Shown: in pieces, positions 10,720-20,618 of the stretch
Numbering within the stretch: the first letter of the stretch is position 1
Layout of the letters: every line of letters begins with the position of its first letter
From: an uncultured Chloroflexia bacterium
Lineage (GTDB): Bacteria; Chloroflexota; Limnocylindria; Limnocylindrales; CSP1-4
NCBI GenBank assembly: GCA_963749705.1
Contig: CAVVNQ010000005.1
Coordinates: forward strand, 1 to 51,445
Reading direction: 5' to 3'
DNA: 51,445 bases
Program-made: the position numbers and the translations under genes
Notes under the pieces: generated by a model
Databases searched by the model: none
Told to the model about the DNA's origin: nothing
What the model saw: the letters and a program-made list of their open reading frames with translations, nothing else

Positions 10720-11607
10720 CGTGGCTCGCTCGCGCCTGGTCCGTGCGGCCTCCGGGTCTCGATCGGGCTGGCGATCCTGTGGTTCGTCCTCGCGCTGCTC
10801 AACCTCGTGTGGAGCGGCGCTGACACGCTGACCTACTACCAGGTCAACCTGGACCACCCGTACCAAGGGGCCGCGCCCGGGATCGGCGGCGCCTACCTGT
10901 ACTCGCCGGCCTTCGCCCAGCTGGTGGCGCTCGATCCGGACCGTGATCCCGTGGGCGTTCTTCACGGGCGCGTGGCAGGCGGCGCTCCTCGCGGGGATGG
11001 TCTGGATGGCCGGGCCGTTCGGCGATCCTGCTCACGCCGTGGGTGATCGATGAGCTCGTGCAGGGCAACATCCAGATCCTCATCGGCGTCGCGGTGGTCG
11101 TCGGCATCCGCGCCCGGCGGCGTGGGCGTTCGTGCTGCTGACCAAGGTGACTCCCGCCGTGGGGCTCGTGTACTTCATCGGCCGCCGGACTGGCGCGCGC
11201 TCGGGCGCTCGGTAGCGACGGCCCTCGTCGGTTGCCATCAGCTTCGCCCTCGCGCCGCACCTGTGGTGGGACTGGTTCGGCCCTGCTGAGCGCCAACAGC
11301 GGCGCGACGCACGACGGGACGATGCCGGGGCCCCTGCCCGTCGCGTCTGGCGGTAGCTCGCGGCGATCGCGTTCGTCGCCGGCCGTCGCGAGTGGCCGTG
11401 GCTGGTCCCGATCGCCTGCGCGATCTCGCTGCCGGTCGCCTGGTGGGGCGGCCTGCGTGATCACGGGCGGCGCGGTCCGACTGTGGCGCGACCGCGGCGC
11501 GAGCGAACCGGCAACAATGGCTTCGGGCTCCGCATCGATCTGCGCACCGCATGGCGTCGGTCCGCGCCCGTACCAGCGGACGGCACGAAGCCCCACCGCG
11601 CGCCTGA
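10720..11607 (+). CDS. GT87/DUF2029-like glycosyltransferase with multiple frameshifts; boundaries approximate
   Basis: YLYSPAFAQL, GNIQIL, WAFVLLTKVTPAVGL and LWWDWF are spread across different frames. Confidence 0.6.
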
Positions 11608-11609
11608 GC

Positions 11610-12986
11610 CTACGGCTCCGCCGACGGATCCGGCGGGTTCTGGGCGCGCCGGATCGCCTCCTCCAGCGACGCCTCCGTCACCGGCGGCACGGCCCCCGGC
11701 GCGAGCGAATCCTCGAGCGGTGATCCGTAGGTCGCGACCACCCGACGAAGCTCCGCCGGGGATGGCACCAGGACCAGGCTGACCGTCGGGTCCACGCCCG
11801 CCGGCAGCGGATCCGTGATGCCCACCGTGACCAGGGCCCGGGTCAGGGCCGCGCGTCCTGCATACAGGTCGCGCCCCTCGACCAGCAGCCGCACGTTCCA
11901 GCTGAGCGAGACGATCAGCACCGCCACGCCCACCGCGGCCGCCCGTGCCAGGTGCTCCCGCCGGATCGCCGGCCGCCCGACGAGGCTGGCCAGGCACAGC
12001 AGCGCCACCATGCCCGACAGGTACGTGTACCGGGTGTAGGTCGCCGCATCGTCACCCAGCTGGACGCGGACGGCACCCACCAGGGTGTACTGAGCGGCGA
12101 TCGCGAGCAGGCACGCGATCGCGCGGCGAGGCACGGGACGTCGGCCCAGAACCAGCCAGCCGATCCAGCCGACCACGCCGATGACGACCACCCGGCCGAT
12201 CAGGTCCCCGCCGCCGACCGCGGCCCCGAATGCAGCCGACGCGCCCTCGAACACGAAGCCCGGCACCGCCGCCAGTCGCTCCGCCGTGAACGGGTTGCCG
12301 TGCGTCGCGATCCCGCTTCTGCCAAAGGCGAGGTACCACGCGACGTAGAGCCCGCCGGGCACCGCCAGCGGCACCAGCCACCGCCATCGACGCCGGTCGA
12401 GCAGGACGTCGAAGCCGACGAGCGCGAGCACGAACAGGCCGTAGCCGGAGGTCATGACCGCGATCGTCAGCAGGCCCGCGGCGGCCGCGGCGCGTCGGGG
12501 GCCCGGCAACGTCGGCACGTCGTCGAGCAGCAGCAGCGCCCCGAACCCGAGCGCCGTCGCACCCACGAAGTCGATCTGGATCCCCCAGAACAGGTTCTCG
12601 AAGCCGCTCCCGAACAGGAACACGATGACCGCGATCCCAGCCGCGATGGGCCGGGTCGTCCGCCGCCGCGCCAGCAGGTACACGAGGACGCCGACCAGCA
12701 CGTGGAGCCCGGCCAGCAGCGCGAGGTACGGAACGTACGTGTGCAGCCCGAACACGGCGAGCATCGCGCGGTAGACGACGATGGTGACGGCCAGCCAATG
12801 CTCGTTGAACGGCTCGAGCAGGTTGGACGCCGAGACCGAGCGCTCGGCGATCATGCTCCACTCGTCGGCGAAGAACGTCAGCCCCAGTCCGAGCGCGACC
12901 AGCACGCCGAAGGCGACGACCGCCGACGCCCCGACCAGCATGTCGGCGGGATCGGGATGCCGCGAGGTCGGGGCCGTGCTAGCCAT
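11610..12986 (-). CDS. Polytopic membrane protein, GT-C-like
   Basis: TFFADEW, PFNEHW, ENLFW and TRYTY with many TM helices. TATCGT 6 nt before ATG 12986. Confidence 0.65.
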   Translation of the reverse strand: MASTAPTSRHPDPADMLVGASAVVAFGVLVALGLGLTFFADEWSMIAERSVSASNLLEPFNEHWLAVTIVVYRAMLAVFGLHTYVPYLALLAGLHVLVGVLVYLLARRRTTRPIAAGIAVIVFLFGSGFENLFWGIQIDFVGATALGFGALLLLDDVPTLPGPRRAAAAAGLLTIAVMTSGYGLFVLALVGFDVLLDRRRWRWLVPLAVPGGLYVAWYLAFGRSGIATHGNPFTAERLAAVPGFVFEGASAAFGAAVGGGDLIGRVVVIGVVGWIGWLVLGRRPVPRRAIACLLAIAAQYTLVGAVRVQLGDDAATYTRYTYLSGMVALLCLASLVGRPAIRREHLARAAAVGVAVLIVSLSWNVRLLVEGRDLYAGRAALTRALVTVGITDPLPAGVDPTVSLVLVPSPAELRRVVATYGSPLEDSLAPGAVPPVTEASLEEAIRRAQNPPDPSAEP

Positions 12987-14289
12987 CGGCTGACGATACC
13001 GGGCGCGGGGCCATCGACGGACCATCGTTCTGCCGGGCCACGAGCAGCACGAGCAGCCCCGCAATCACGGTCATGACCACCGAACCGATGACGGTCAAGG
13101 CGTCGACGAACGGCACCCGGTCGACCAGGTCCGGGCCCGGGGGAACGGCGATCACGAGATTGAGCGCGAATGTCACGGCGAACACGACCCACACGACCGG
13201 GAGTGCCGCGGACGCCCGTGTTCCGGCCGCAGCGATCAGCAGGAACACCAATGCCGGGTACGCGTACCGCTCGTGCATCGTGGTCAGCGACACGAACGCC
13301 ACCAGCGTGACCGCGGCAAGCCCCAGGGCCAGCTGTTCCGTCGTCGGCCGCCGGTAGACCCCGACGAACACGACGATCGACAGCAGCCCGGCGATCACGA
13401 ACCCGAGGGTCCGGAACGTGAGCGGACCCAGGACCGCGGTTCCGTCGGCCACGAAGTCACCGCCCGCGCCCAGCTCCTGGATCACCCACCACGGGTTCCA
13501 TGCGCGCAGCGACAGCACGCTGAAGATGTCGTTCTGGTACGCGCCGAGGTTGTCCAGGTACTTGAGCGGCCCGCCGGCGGCGATGAACGGGAGCCAGGCG
13601 ATGACGACGACCGCGGCGCCGATCACGGCGGCCCGCGCGGTGCCCCGCCAGCCCTGGGTGGCCAGGAACCACGCCGCGAACGGGACCACGAACGGCAGCG
13701 CCTGCGGCTTGGTCATCAGGCTGAGCGCGACCAGCGCGGCCGCGAGCCCCGGCCTGCGCGCCCGGACCGCAAGCAGCGCCAGCACCGCCGGGAGCACGTA
13801 GATCGGCTCGTACTGGCCCCACCACGCGGACACGTACCAGGTCGCCGGCCACAGGAGGATCGCGCCTGCCGTCACGGCCAAAGCGGTTCGCGGCCGATCC
13901 CGGAACCACCAGGCGACCGCGGCCGCGATCCCCAGGTCCGCGAGGCTCGCCGGCACCTTCATCAATGCCCGGATCCATGCATCCGACGAGTCGGTCACCG
14001 TCCGGAACGCGGGCTCCACGGCCGCCAGCGCGCCCCACACCCAGGCCATCACCGCCGGGAACGACAGGTTCTGGTCGTACGCCCGGTCCCACCCGTTGAC
14101 CGCGATCCCATGCACCCAGAGCACGAACTGGTCCAGGTCGCCGACCAGGCCCTGTGCCGGCCAGAGCACCACGCGGATCGCGATCCCGGCGAGGAACAGG
14201 GCGATGAGGGCCGCCAGGTACGGCCGTGTCCAGCCGGTCCCGCGCGTCGGCATCGTCGAGCCCGTCCCCGTCGAGGCCCGATCGGTCAC
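12979..14289 (-). CDS. GT-C membrane glycosyltransferase (mannosyl/glucosyltransferase-like)
   Basis: GDLDQFVLW, KVPASLADL, SAWWGQYE, TKPQA, AWNPWW and TTMHERY. Start is 14289 or 14253. Confidence 0.75.
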   Translation of the reverse strand: MTDRASTGTGSTMPTRGTGWTRPYLAALIALFLAGIAIRVVLWPAQGLVGDLDQFVLWVHGIAVNGWDRAYDQNLSFPAVMAWVWGALAAVEPAFRTVTDSSDAWIRALMKVPASLADLGIAAAVAWWFRDRPRTALAVTAGAILLWPATWYVSAWWGQYEPIYVLPAVLALLAVRARRPGLAAALVALSLMTKPQALPFVVPFAAWFLATQGWRGTARAAVIGAAVVVIAWLPFIAAGGPLKYLDNLGAYQNDIFSVLSLRAWNPWWVIQELGAGGDFVADGTAVLGPLTFRTLGFVIAGLLSIVVFVGVYRRPTTEQLALGLAAVTLVAFVSLTTMHERYAYPALVFLLIAAAGTRASAALPVVWVVFAVTFALNLVIAVPPGPDLVDRVPFVDALTVIGSVVMTVIAGLLVLLVARQNDGPSMAPRPVSSADG

Positions 14290-14293
14290 CGGA

Positions 14294-15370
14294 TCAGGCC
14301 GGCGTCGTGACCCAGTAGCGCTCGGCCGCGCCGCCCGAGACGCCGCCGATGTCGGCAACCTTCGCCGCGTACGAACGCACCGCGTCGCCCGCGGCCTTGC
14401 GATCGAGGAACAGCCGCTCCAGCTGGCTCTCGTACAGCGAGATGCCCCGGATCTTGCGTTCCAGCTGGTCGCTGACGTCGGCAAACTCGGGCGTCAGCGA
14501 CAGGTCGCCGGGGATCCCCGGGACCGACCCGCCGGGCATGTCCTCGAGCCGGCTGAAGTCCTCCCAGTACGCGTACGGGAAGTCCTCGTAGAACGCGGTC
14601 ATCCGCGAGTAGTCCGGCCCGGGCATCACCCAGCGCCGCGCGTCGTGCAGGAGCGCGATGCCGGCGTCCCGCGCGAGCTGGTGGTCGACGTGGCCGCCGA
14701 TCCCCAGCGGCAGGTAGATCCGCTGCGGCTCGAGCCTGGCGATCTCGCGGCGCAGGAGGTCGGTCGGGGGCGGGTCATCCGCGCGCGGCTCGCCCAGCAG
14801 CTGGTCGTCGCCCTCATAGCCGCGGAACACGGCGTCCGGGAGGTCCAGCCAGATGATCGAGGCCTCCGCAAAAGCCGCGAACCGCTCGTCCTCCAGCCGC
14901 CGCGTCGCCATCGTCTCGCCGGCCGCGGCCGCCTCGGTCAGCTCCGTCGTGAGCACCGCGCCCTGGGCCGGCACGTCATCGATGAGCGGCTGGCCCGCCA
15001 GGGACTCGGCATGGATGTTGGCCCGGCGATACCACGAGGAGCGCTGCCAGAACCGCCTGGCCGCCGCGTCCGCGTCGCCCTGCGTCGCGTCGAGCCCTTC
15101 CTTCGCCGCCTGCCATGGCGCCGACGCCGAGTCGGCCGGGAAGTCCGCCTCGAGGTGCGCGCGGTTGAACGCCTCGGTCACCGGCCACACGGCCTTCGAC
15201 CCGAACCCCAGCGCCTCCCGCTGGTACGGCGTCAGCCGGTCCGCGCTCCCGGTGCCCGAGTAGAGCGTCAGGATCGCGACGTTCTGGCCGAGCTCGCGCA
15301 GGCTCGCGATCAGCCCGCCACAGGACAGCGCGACGTCATCGGGGTGGGGCGCGACGAACACGTGGGTCAT
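14294..15370 (-). CDS. PIG-L/LmbE family deacetylase
   Basis: APHPDDVALSCGG, RRLED, GHVDH and FYEDFPY. Confidence 0.88.
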   Translation of the reverse strand: MTHVFVAPHPDDVALSCGGLIASLRELGQNVAILTLYSGTGSADRLTPYQREALGFGSKAVWPVTEAFNRAHLEADFPADSASAPWQAAKEGLDATQGDADAAARRFWQRSSWYRRANIHAESLAGQPLIDDVPAQGAVLTTELTEAAAAGETMATRRLEDERFAAFAEASIIWLDLPDAVFRGYEGDDQLLGEPRADDPPPTDLLRREIARLEPQRIYLPLGIGGHVDHQLARDAGIALLHDARRWVMPGPDYSRMTAFYEDFPYAYWEDFSRLEDMPGGSVPGIPGDLSLTPEFADVSDQLERKIRGISLYESQLERLFLDRKAAGDAVRSYAAKVADIGGVSGGAAERYWVTTPA

Positions 15371-15422
15371 GGCTGGCGAGTATAGCGGCGCCCTCCGGCG
15401 CCGATGGCCGGACCCGGACCGT

Positions 15423-16082
15423 TCATCCCTCCCAGCCGCCCGACCCGATCAGCGGCACGAACACGCACGTCCCGTCCGACTCCTCCGTCCACTCGTCGCC
15501 GTGGCGCTCGACGACCAGCAGCGACTGCATCGACCGGGAGCCCACCGGGACCACCAGCCGCCGTCCCTCGCCCAGCTGCTCGCGCAGCGCATCGGGCACG
15601 GCCGGTGCACCGGCCGCGACCACGATCCCGTCCCACGGCGGCGCATCGGGGACCCCGACGCTGCCATCGCCCACGAAGATCTCGATCCGCTCGCCGTACC
15701 CCAGGTCGTCGAGCCGGCGCCGGGCGCTCGTGGCGAGGTCGGGGTCGCGCTCGATCGTCGTCACCCGGCAGCCCAGCTCGGCGAGCACCGCGGCCTGGTA
15801 TCCGGAGCCGGTGCCGACCTCGAGGACCCGCTCCCCGGGCGCCATGTGGAGCAGCTCGGTCATGCGCGCGACGATATACGGCTGGCTGATCGTCTGGCCG
15901 CCGCCGATGGGCAGCGGGTGGTCGTCATACGCTCGGTCGGCGTCGCCGCCGAACACGAACGCCTCGCGCGGGACGGCGCCCATCGCCGCGAGCACACGCT
16001 CATCGCTGATGCTCCGGCCCCGAAGCTGCTCGGCGACCATCCGCGCCCGGGCACCCATCCGTCGTGCCCGGACGTCATCCAT
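15423..16082 (-). CDS. pcm: Protein-L-isoaspartate O-methyltransferase
   Basis: AYDDHPLPIGGGQTISQPYIVA, VLEVGTGSGYQAA and FVPL. Confidence 0.95.
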   Translation of the reverse strand: MDDVRARRMGARARMVAEQLRGRSISDERVLAAMGAVPREAFVFGGDADRAYDDHPLPIGGGQTISQPYIVARMTELLHMAPGERVLEVGTGSGYQAAVLAELGCRVTTIERDPDLATSARRRLDDLGYGERIEIFVGDGSVGVPDAPPWDGIVVAAGAPAVPDALREQLGEGRRLVVPVGSRSMQSLLVVERHGDEWTEESDGTCVFVPLIGSGGWEG

Positions 16083-16091
16083 CGCCGGCGG

Positions 16092-16682
16092 TCAGCTCGC
16101 GGACGGGCTGGGCGAGGGTTCCGCGGAGGCCGGCGCCGCGGACGCGGATGCGGCCGGGGACGCTGACGGCGCTTCGGACACCGTGACCGATGCCGACGGC
16201 GATGCGCTCGCGACCGGTGATGCCGTCACCCCGGGGGTCGGCTTGGGGGTCGCCAGGGCCTGGGTGATGAACCCGCGCTTGCCCAGCAGCATCCCGTTGA
16301 GCAGGATCACCACGAACACCAGCGTCACGCCGATGACGAACACGGCCGATGCACGGTCGGTGATGTGGACCGCCTCCTCGGCGACGGACGGCGCCGCCGC
16401 GACGGGCTTGGCCGCGTCCCGGCCTCGACCCCTGCGCTTGGACGGGGCTGCGGGGGCGAGGGCCGGCGCCGGCTCGGGTTCCGGTTCCGGTTCCGCGAAC
16501 GGTGCGCCCGCTCCGGCGTCCTCGTCGACGGCGTCGTCGAGCCCGGCATCGGGCTCGGCTTCGGGCTCAGGTTCGGCTGCCCCGGCGCCCTCGGCCTCGG
16601 TGTCGCTGGTGGCGGGTTCGGTGTCGTCGGTCGCGGGCTCGGGGCCGGCCTCGGCCTCCGGATCGCGCTCCTGATCGGTCAT
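16092..16682 (-). CDS. Hypothetical single-TM protein with acidic N-terminus and Ser/Pro/Ala-rich C-terminus
   Basis: GGAGAGGAG RBS, one TM helix and low-complexity flanks. Confidence 0.65.
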   Translation of the reverse strand: MTDQERDPEAEAGPEPATDDTEPATSDTEAEGAGAAEPEPEAEPDAGLDDAVDEDAGAGAPFAEPEPEPEPAPALAPAAPSKRRGRGRDAAKPVAAAPSVAEEAVHITDRASAVFVIGVTLVFVVILLNGMLLGKRGFITQALATPKPTPGVTASPVASASPSASVTVSEAPSASPAASASAAPASAEPSPSPSAS

Positions 16683-16782
16683 CCGGTGGTTGGTCTCCTC
16701 TCCGCGGGCGTCGCCTGCGGGCATCGCATCACGCGGCCGCCAGTGTACCGACCCCCGCGGGTGCGCGGCCCGTCGGGCTCGA

Positions 16783-18918
16783 TCATGCCTCGCGAACCGC
16801 CTTGACCCACAGGCCGCTGAGACCCGCCGCGATCGAGATGATGCCGGCCGCGGCGATCACCGGGCCGGGACCGAGCGCGCCGACGAACAGGCCGCCGACC
16901 CCCATCGCCACCGACATGCCGCCGAACACCAGGGCGAACCGGAAGCTCACGACCCGACCCATCAGCTCCGGCGGGGTCCGCTCCTGGAACAGCGTCTGGC
17001 TGGGGATCACGAACGCCATGTTCGCCACGCCGACCCCGAACAGGATGCCCAGCACCAGCGGGATCGACGAGATGATGCCCAGCAGGAACACCAGCACGCC
17101 GAACGCCGTGTAGGCGACGATCACCAGCATCCCCTTGCGAACGCGCGACGCGACCAGCCCGAGCGCGAACCCGCCGACCAGGTTGCCCAGCCCGATCGCC
17201 GTCTCCATGAACGCCCAGGTGCCCCGGTATGCGCTGCCCTCGCCGGGCGTGATCTGCTGGGCCAGGATCAGCGATGCGACGGTGACGATCCCGACCGCGA
17301 ACTGGCCCGCCGTCCCCTGCAGCGTGTTCGCCAGCAGCACCGTCTCGTGGCGAAGGAACGCCCAACCCGCCTTCAGGTCCTCGAGGATCGTCGCCTGCGG
17401 CTCGACCGCTGCCTGGCCTTCGGCCCCCGCCGCGCTCCTCAGCGTCCCGTCGGGGTTGAGCTCGTCGTCGGGCCGCGCCCGCCGCAGCAGCGGCGGAACG
17501 ACGACCGTGGCCAGCAGCGCCGCGGACGCGAGGTACGTGACCGAATCGAACCAGAACGCGATCGGCAGCGAGCCGGCCAGGAACACCACGAACAGGCCGG
17601 CGATCGGGTAGTTCACGACGTCCGCGACGGTCTCGCCGACCCACAGCGCCGAGTTGGCCGCGAGCAGGTCCTCCTCGGGCACGATCCGCGGCAGGATCGC
17701 GATCCGGGCCGGCCGGAAGAAGATCGAGACCGTCGTGATCAGGAACACCAGCGGGTAGGCGAGCCACACGTCGACCAGCACCGCGACCGGCACCAGCAGC
17801 ACCAGCGCGGCACGCAGGATGTCCGAGACCACCAGGACCTGCTTCTTGTCCCAGCGATCCACGAACGTGCCGGCGATCGGCGAGAACACCAGGTTGGGCA
17901 GGGTGGCCACCAGGAAGGTCAGGGCCAGCGCGAACGCCGAGTCGGTCACCTCGTACACGAATGCGGCCAGTGCGAGCTGGTTGACCCGATCGCCGAACAG
18001 GCTGATCACCTGCCCCACCCACAGCGCCGAGAACGAGCCATTGAGGGCCAGGCGAACGTACGGGTGCTCGCGGACCCGCTCGCGCAGCGCGGGGCGCTCG
18101 AGCTCCGGGAAGGCGGCGACACCCTCGACGGGCAGCGCGGTCAGGGATGGCGAGGCCATGCCCGTGCCGCCCGAGCCCAGCATCATCGGACGCTCCAGCG
18201 ACGCCGCGTCCTCCAGTGAAGGCGTGAGGCCCGTCCCGGCACGGACGCCGAAGCCGCCCTCGCGCAGCGCCTCGCCCGCCTCGCCGGCGGCGCGCCGTCC
18301 CGGCAGGCGAGCCGTGCCGGTGACGCCCAGGTAGCGCCCGGTCTTTGCTTCCTCGATGGCCCGCTGCATCTCGGCCGGCGCCCGCATCAGCGTCGCGAAC
18401 AGGAAGAATGCGAGCCCCGCGGTCAGGAACAGGTCACCGATCGAGGCAACGTTGTTGACCGGCCAGATGGGGATCGGAAACAGGTCGCTCAGCGGCCCGA
18501 AGTGCAGGAAGAACTCGGACCCGGAGCCGGTGGGCAGCTCGACATGGAGCACCGACGACAGCGGACCCGGGATCCCGGACATCTCGTAGGCGGGCAGCCA
18601 GACCGGCATGTAGCCGCCGTTGCCGACGATCGCGATCGCGTTGCTCGCGATCCCGACGAACGCGAGCGCCAGGCCCGGGTATCCCCGGTTGTGCCACAGG
18701 GTGAACAGCAGCAGCCCGTACGCGGCGCCCAGCAGGGGAACACGGAGCGTGTCGACGAGCCCGATCCCCGCCACCAGCGAGAGCTCCGTCGCGAACCGGA
18801 CGATCACCGCGATGAACAGCAGCGGCAGGAACCGGAGACGGATGTCGGCGAGATTCTCGAGACGGCCGCCCAGGACCAGCCCGAGGACAAGCCCCAGTGC
18901 GATACCGCCGATCAGCAT
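16783..18918 (-). CDS. DUF5317-like N-terminal domain fused to an MFS transporter
   Basis: N-terminus GGRLENL..IRLR, SNAIAIVGNGGYMPV, LSDLFPIP and SIGDL. C-terminus LWVGQVISLFGD, GTFVDRWDKK (MFS motif A) and QERTPPELMGRV. Confidence 0.85.
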   Translation of the reverse strand: MLIGGIALGLVLGLVLGGRLENLADIRLRFLPLLFIAVIVRFATELSLVAGIGLVDTLRVPLLGAAYGLLLFTLWHNRGYPGLALAFVGIASNAIAIVGNGGYMPVWLPAYEMSGIPGPLSSVLHVELPTGSGSEFFLHFGPLSDLFPIPIWPVNNVASIGDLFLTAGLAFFLFATLMRAPAEMQRAIEEAKTGRYLGVTGTARLPGRRAAGEAGEALREGGFGVRAGTGLTPSLEDAASLERPMMLGSGGTGMASPSLTALPVEGVAAFPELERPALRERVREHPYVRLALNGSFSALWVGQVISLFGDRVNQLALAAFVYEVTDSAFALALTFLVATLPNLVFSPIAGTFVDRWDKKQVLVVSDILRAALVLLVPVAVLVDVWLAYPLVFLITTVSIFFRPARIAILPRIVPEEDLLAANSALWVGETVADVVNYPIAGLFVVFLAGSLPIAFWFDSVTYLASAALLATVVVPPLLRRARPDDELNPDGTLRSAAGAEGQAAVEPQATILEDLKAGWAFLRHETVLLANTLQGTAGQFAVGIVTVASLILAQQITPGEGSAYRGTWAFMETAIGLGNLVGGFALGLVASRVRKGMLVIVAYTAFGVLVFLLGIISSIPLVLGILFGVGVANMAFVIPSQTLFQERTPPELMGRVVSFRFALVFGGMSVAMGVGGLFVGALGPGPVIAAAGIISIAAGLSGLWVKAVREA

Positions 18919-18952
18919 TCGCAGATTGTGGGGCCCAGCGGGTCCCCCGCGC

Positions 18953-20339
18953 TCAGTTCGATTCCACCATTTGGGCGGATGTCGAAGACACGCTTGCGAC
19001 GCGGTCCGCGTGCTGCGAGATCAGCGGGATCGGACGGGCCTGGGCGGCAGTTCCCGGATCCTTCACGCCATCGACCCAGCTGGTGCGCACGAACGCGTCG
19101 ACCACCTTGGGATCGAACTGGACCCCGGCGAACTTGCGCAGCTCGCCCAGCGCCTGCTCCGCGCTCAGCGGCGTCATCCGGTATGGGCGTTGCGCGGTCA
19201 TCGCCTCGAACGCGTCCGCGACGTGGAGGACCCGGGCCAGGAGCGGGATCTCGTCACCGATCAGCCGGTCCGGGTACCCGGAGCCGTTGTACCACTCGTG
19301 GTGGTGACGGATGATCGGCAGCTCGCGCGACAGCCGGGTCACCGGCGCGATGATCTGCGCGCCCAGCACCGGGTGCGCATTCATCAGCATCCGCTCTTCC
19401 TTGTTGAGCCGGTCCTGCTTGAGCAGCACGTTGTCCGGCACCCCGATCTTGCCCACGTCATGGAGCAGGCCGCCCCACTCGAGTGCCTCGAGCTCAGCCT
19501 CCCCGAGCCGCATCTCCCGCCCGATATCGCCGGCAATGGTCTTGACCCGCCACGAGTGCTTGCTCGTGTAGGGATCGCGCTTGTCAACGGCCCCTGCCAG
19601 CGCGGTGATGGTCTGGGTGAACATCTCCCGCATCTCGATGAAGTTGTGGTAGGCAAGACGCGTCGTATACAACGGGAGAACAAACAGCAGGCTCGCCCAC
19701 CAAGCGACCAGCATACATCTGGGCCATAAGCCAGCCGAGGGGCGCGAGCCCCAGCAAGCCGGTGGCGAACCCTCGTGCGTCACCGAGCAGGACCAGGCGG
19801 TACTCCTGGCCAGTCCGCAGGGAGACGAGCAGGGCCGTCAGGAGCGCATTGATCGCGAAGAACGAAACGGCCCCGAGGATCGCTGGGACCAAGGCCGCTG
19901 CGCCATTTGATGGGCCAGTCGCCACTCCGAAGAGTTGCATCACGAGGCCGGCAGCGATCGCCGGCAGGATGATGCCGCCGTGATTGGCGAGCGTTCCGTA
20001 CCAGGGAATCCGGCCCCGAAGTTCACGGATCTCCGTGGTGCCAATGAGGGCGACCCACGCGCCGGCGGCGGGTCCTCCGAGAACCGTGGCCGCGATCAGC
20101 GGAGCGATCGACACGCGCAACCAAGCGTTCCCCGTGGCATTCTTCACCGGGAGGGCCGACGCAAGGGCGGTCAGCGCGGACCAGAAGAGCGAGGCCGCGA
20201 ACAGGGGCGCTCGATCCCCAAATGCCTCGAGCCCATGCCCGATCAGGCGGTTCACGGGAAATAGAAGAGTCGTGACAACCAGCGCCACTGCGCTTGCTGC
20301 CACGACTCCCGCGATGTAGAGCTTCAGACCTCGCGTCAT
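18953..20339 (-). CDS. HD-GYP c-di-GMP phosphodiesterase with a multi-TM N-terminal sensor domain; frameshift near 19705
   Basis: RDPYTSKHS, LLHDVGKIG, HHHEWYNGSGYP, VADAFEAMT and QFDP. The TM region in ORF 19584..20339 joins ORF 18953..19783. Confidence 0.88.
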
Positions 20340-20430
20340 TCGACCTCAGTTCCCGACGTGATCGGACTCTAGCCCGTTCTGCCCATTTGAGTGAACAGGA
20401 CTTGAGTACTGAGGGAGATTGCTGCGATCC

Positions 20431-20520
20431 TCAGAAGCCCCTGAGCGATGCGCCTCCGGCCAGCGCCATTGCGGCGACAGCGCCAAGAGCCGCTAGGACT
20501 CGCATGAGGCGATCCTTCAT
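20431..20520 (-). CDS. 29-aa small peptide MKDRLMRVLAALGAVAAMALAGGASLRGF, putative signalling-peptide precursor
   Basis: Translated by hand. GGAGG RBS 8 nt upstream. Basic n-region, hydrophobic h-region and short polar/aromatic tail. Lies directly downstream of the riboswitch. Confidence 0.8.
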   Translation of the reverse strand: MKDRLMRVLAALGAVAAMALAGGASLRGF

Positions 20521-20546
20521 CGGTCGATCCTCCGCGAAACCTATGA

Positions 20547-20579
20547 CTACCAGCCCTTGAGGGCCTTCTCCGGTGCCAC
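20547..20579 (-). CDS. Possible 10-aa micro-ORF (M)APEKALKGW
   Basis: GAGGAGG RBS 7 nt before GTG, TAG stop. Confidence 0.35.
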   Translation of the reverse strand: MAPEKALKGW

Positions 20580-20618
20580 GCTAGTACCTCCTCGCGGCTC
20601 CCGTGTCCTGAAGAACAC

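Noticed and set aside
20344-20414. CCUCAGU/ACUGAGG pairing that could mask the HD-GYP RBS
   Set aside because: Only 7 bp at long range, which cannot be distinguished from chance.
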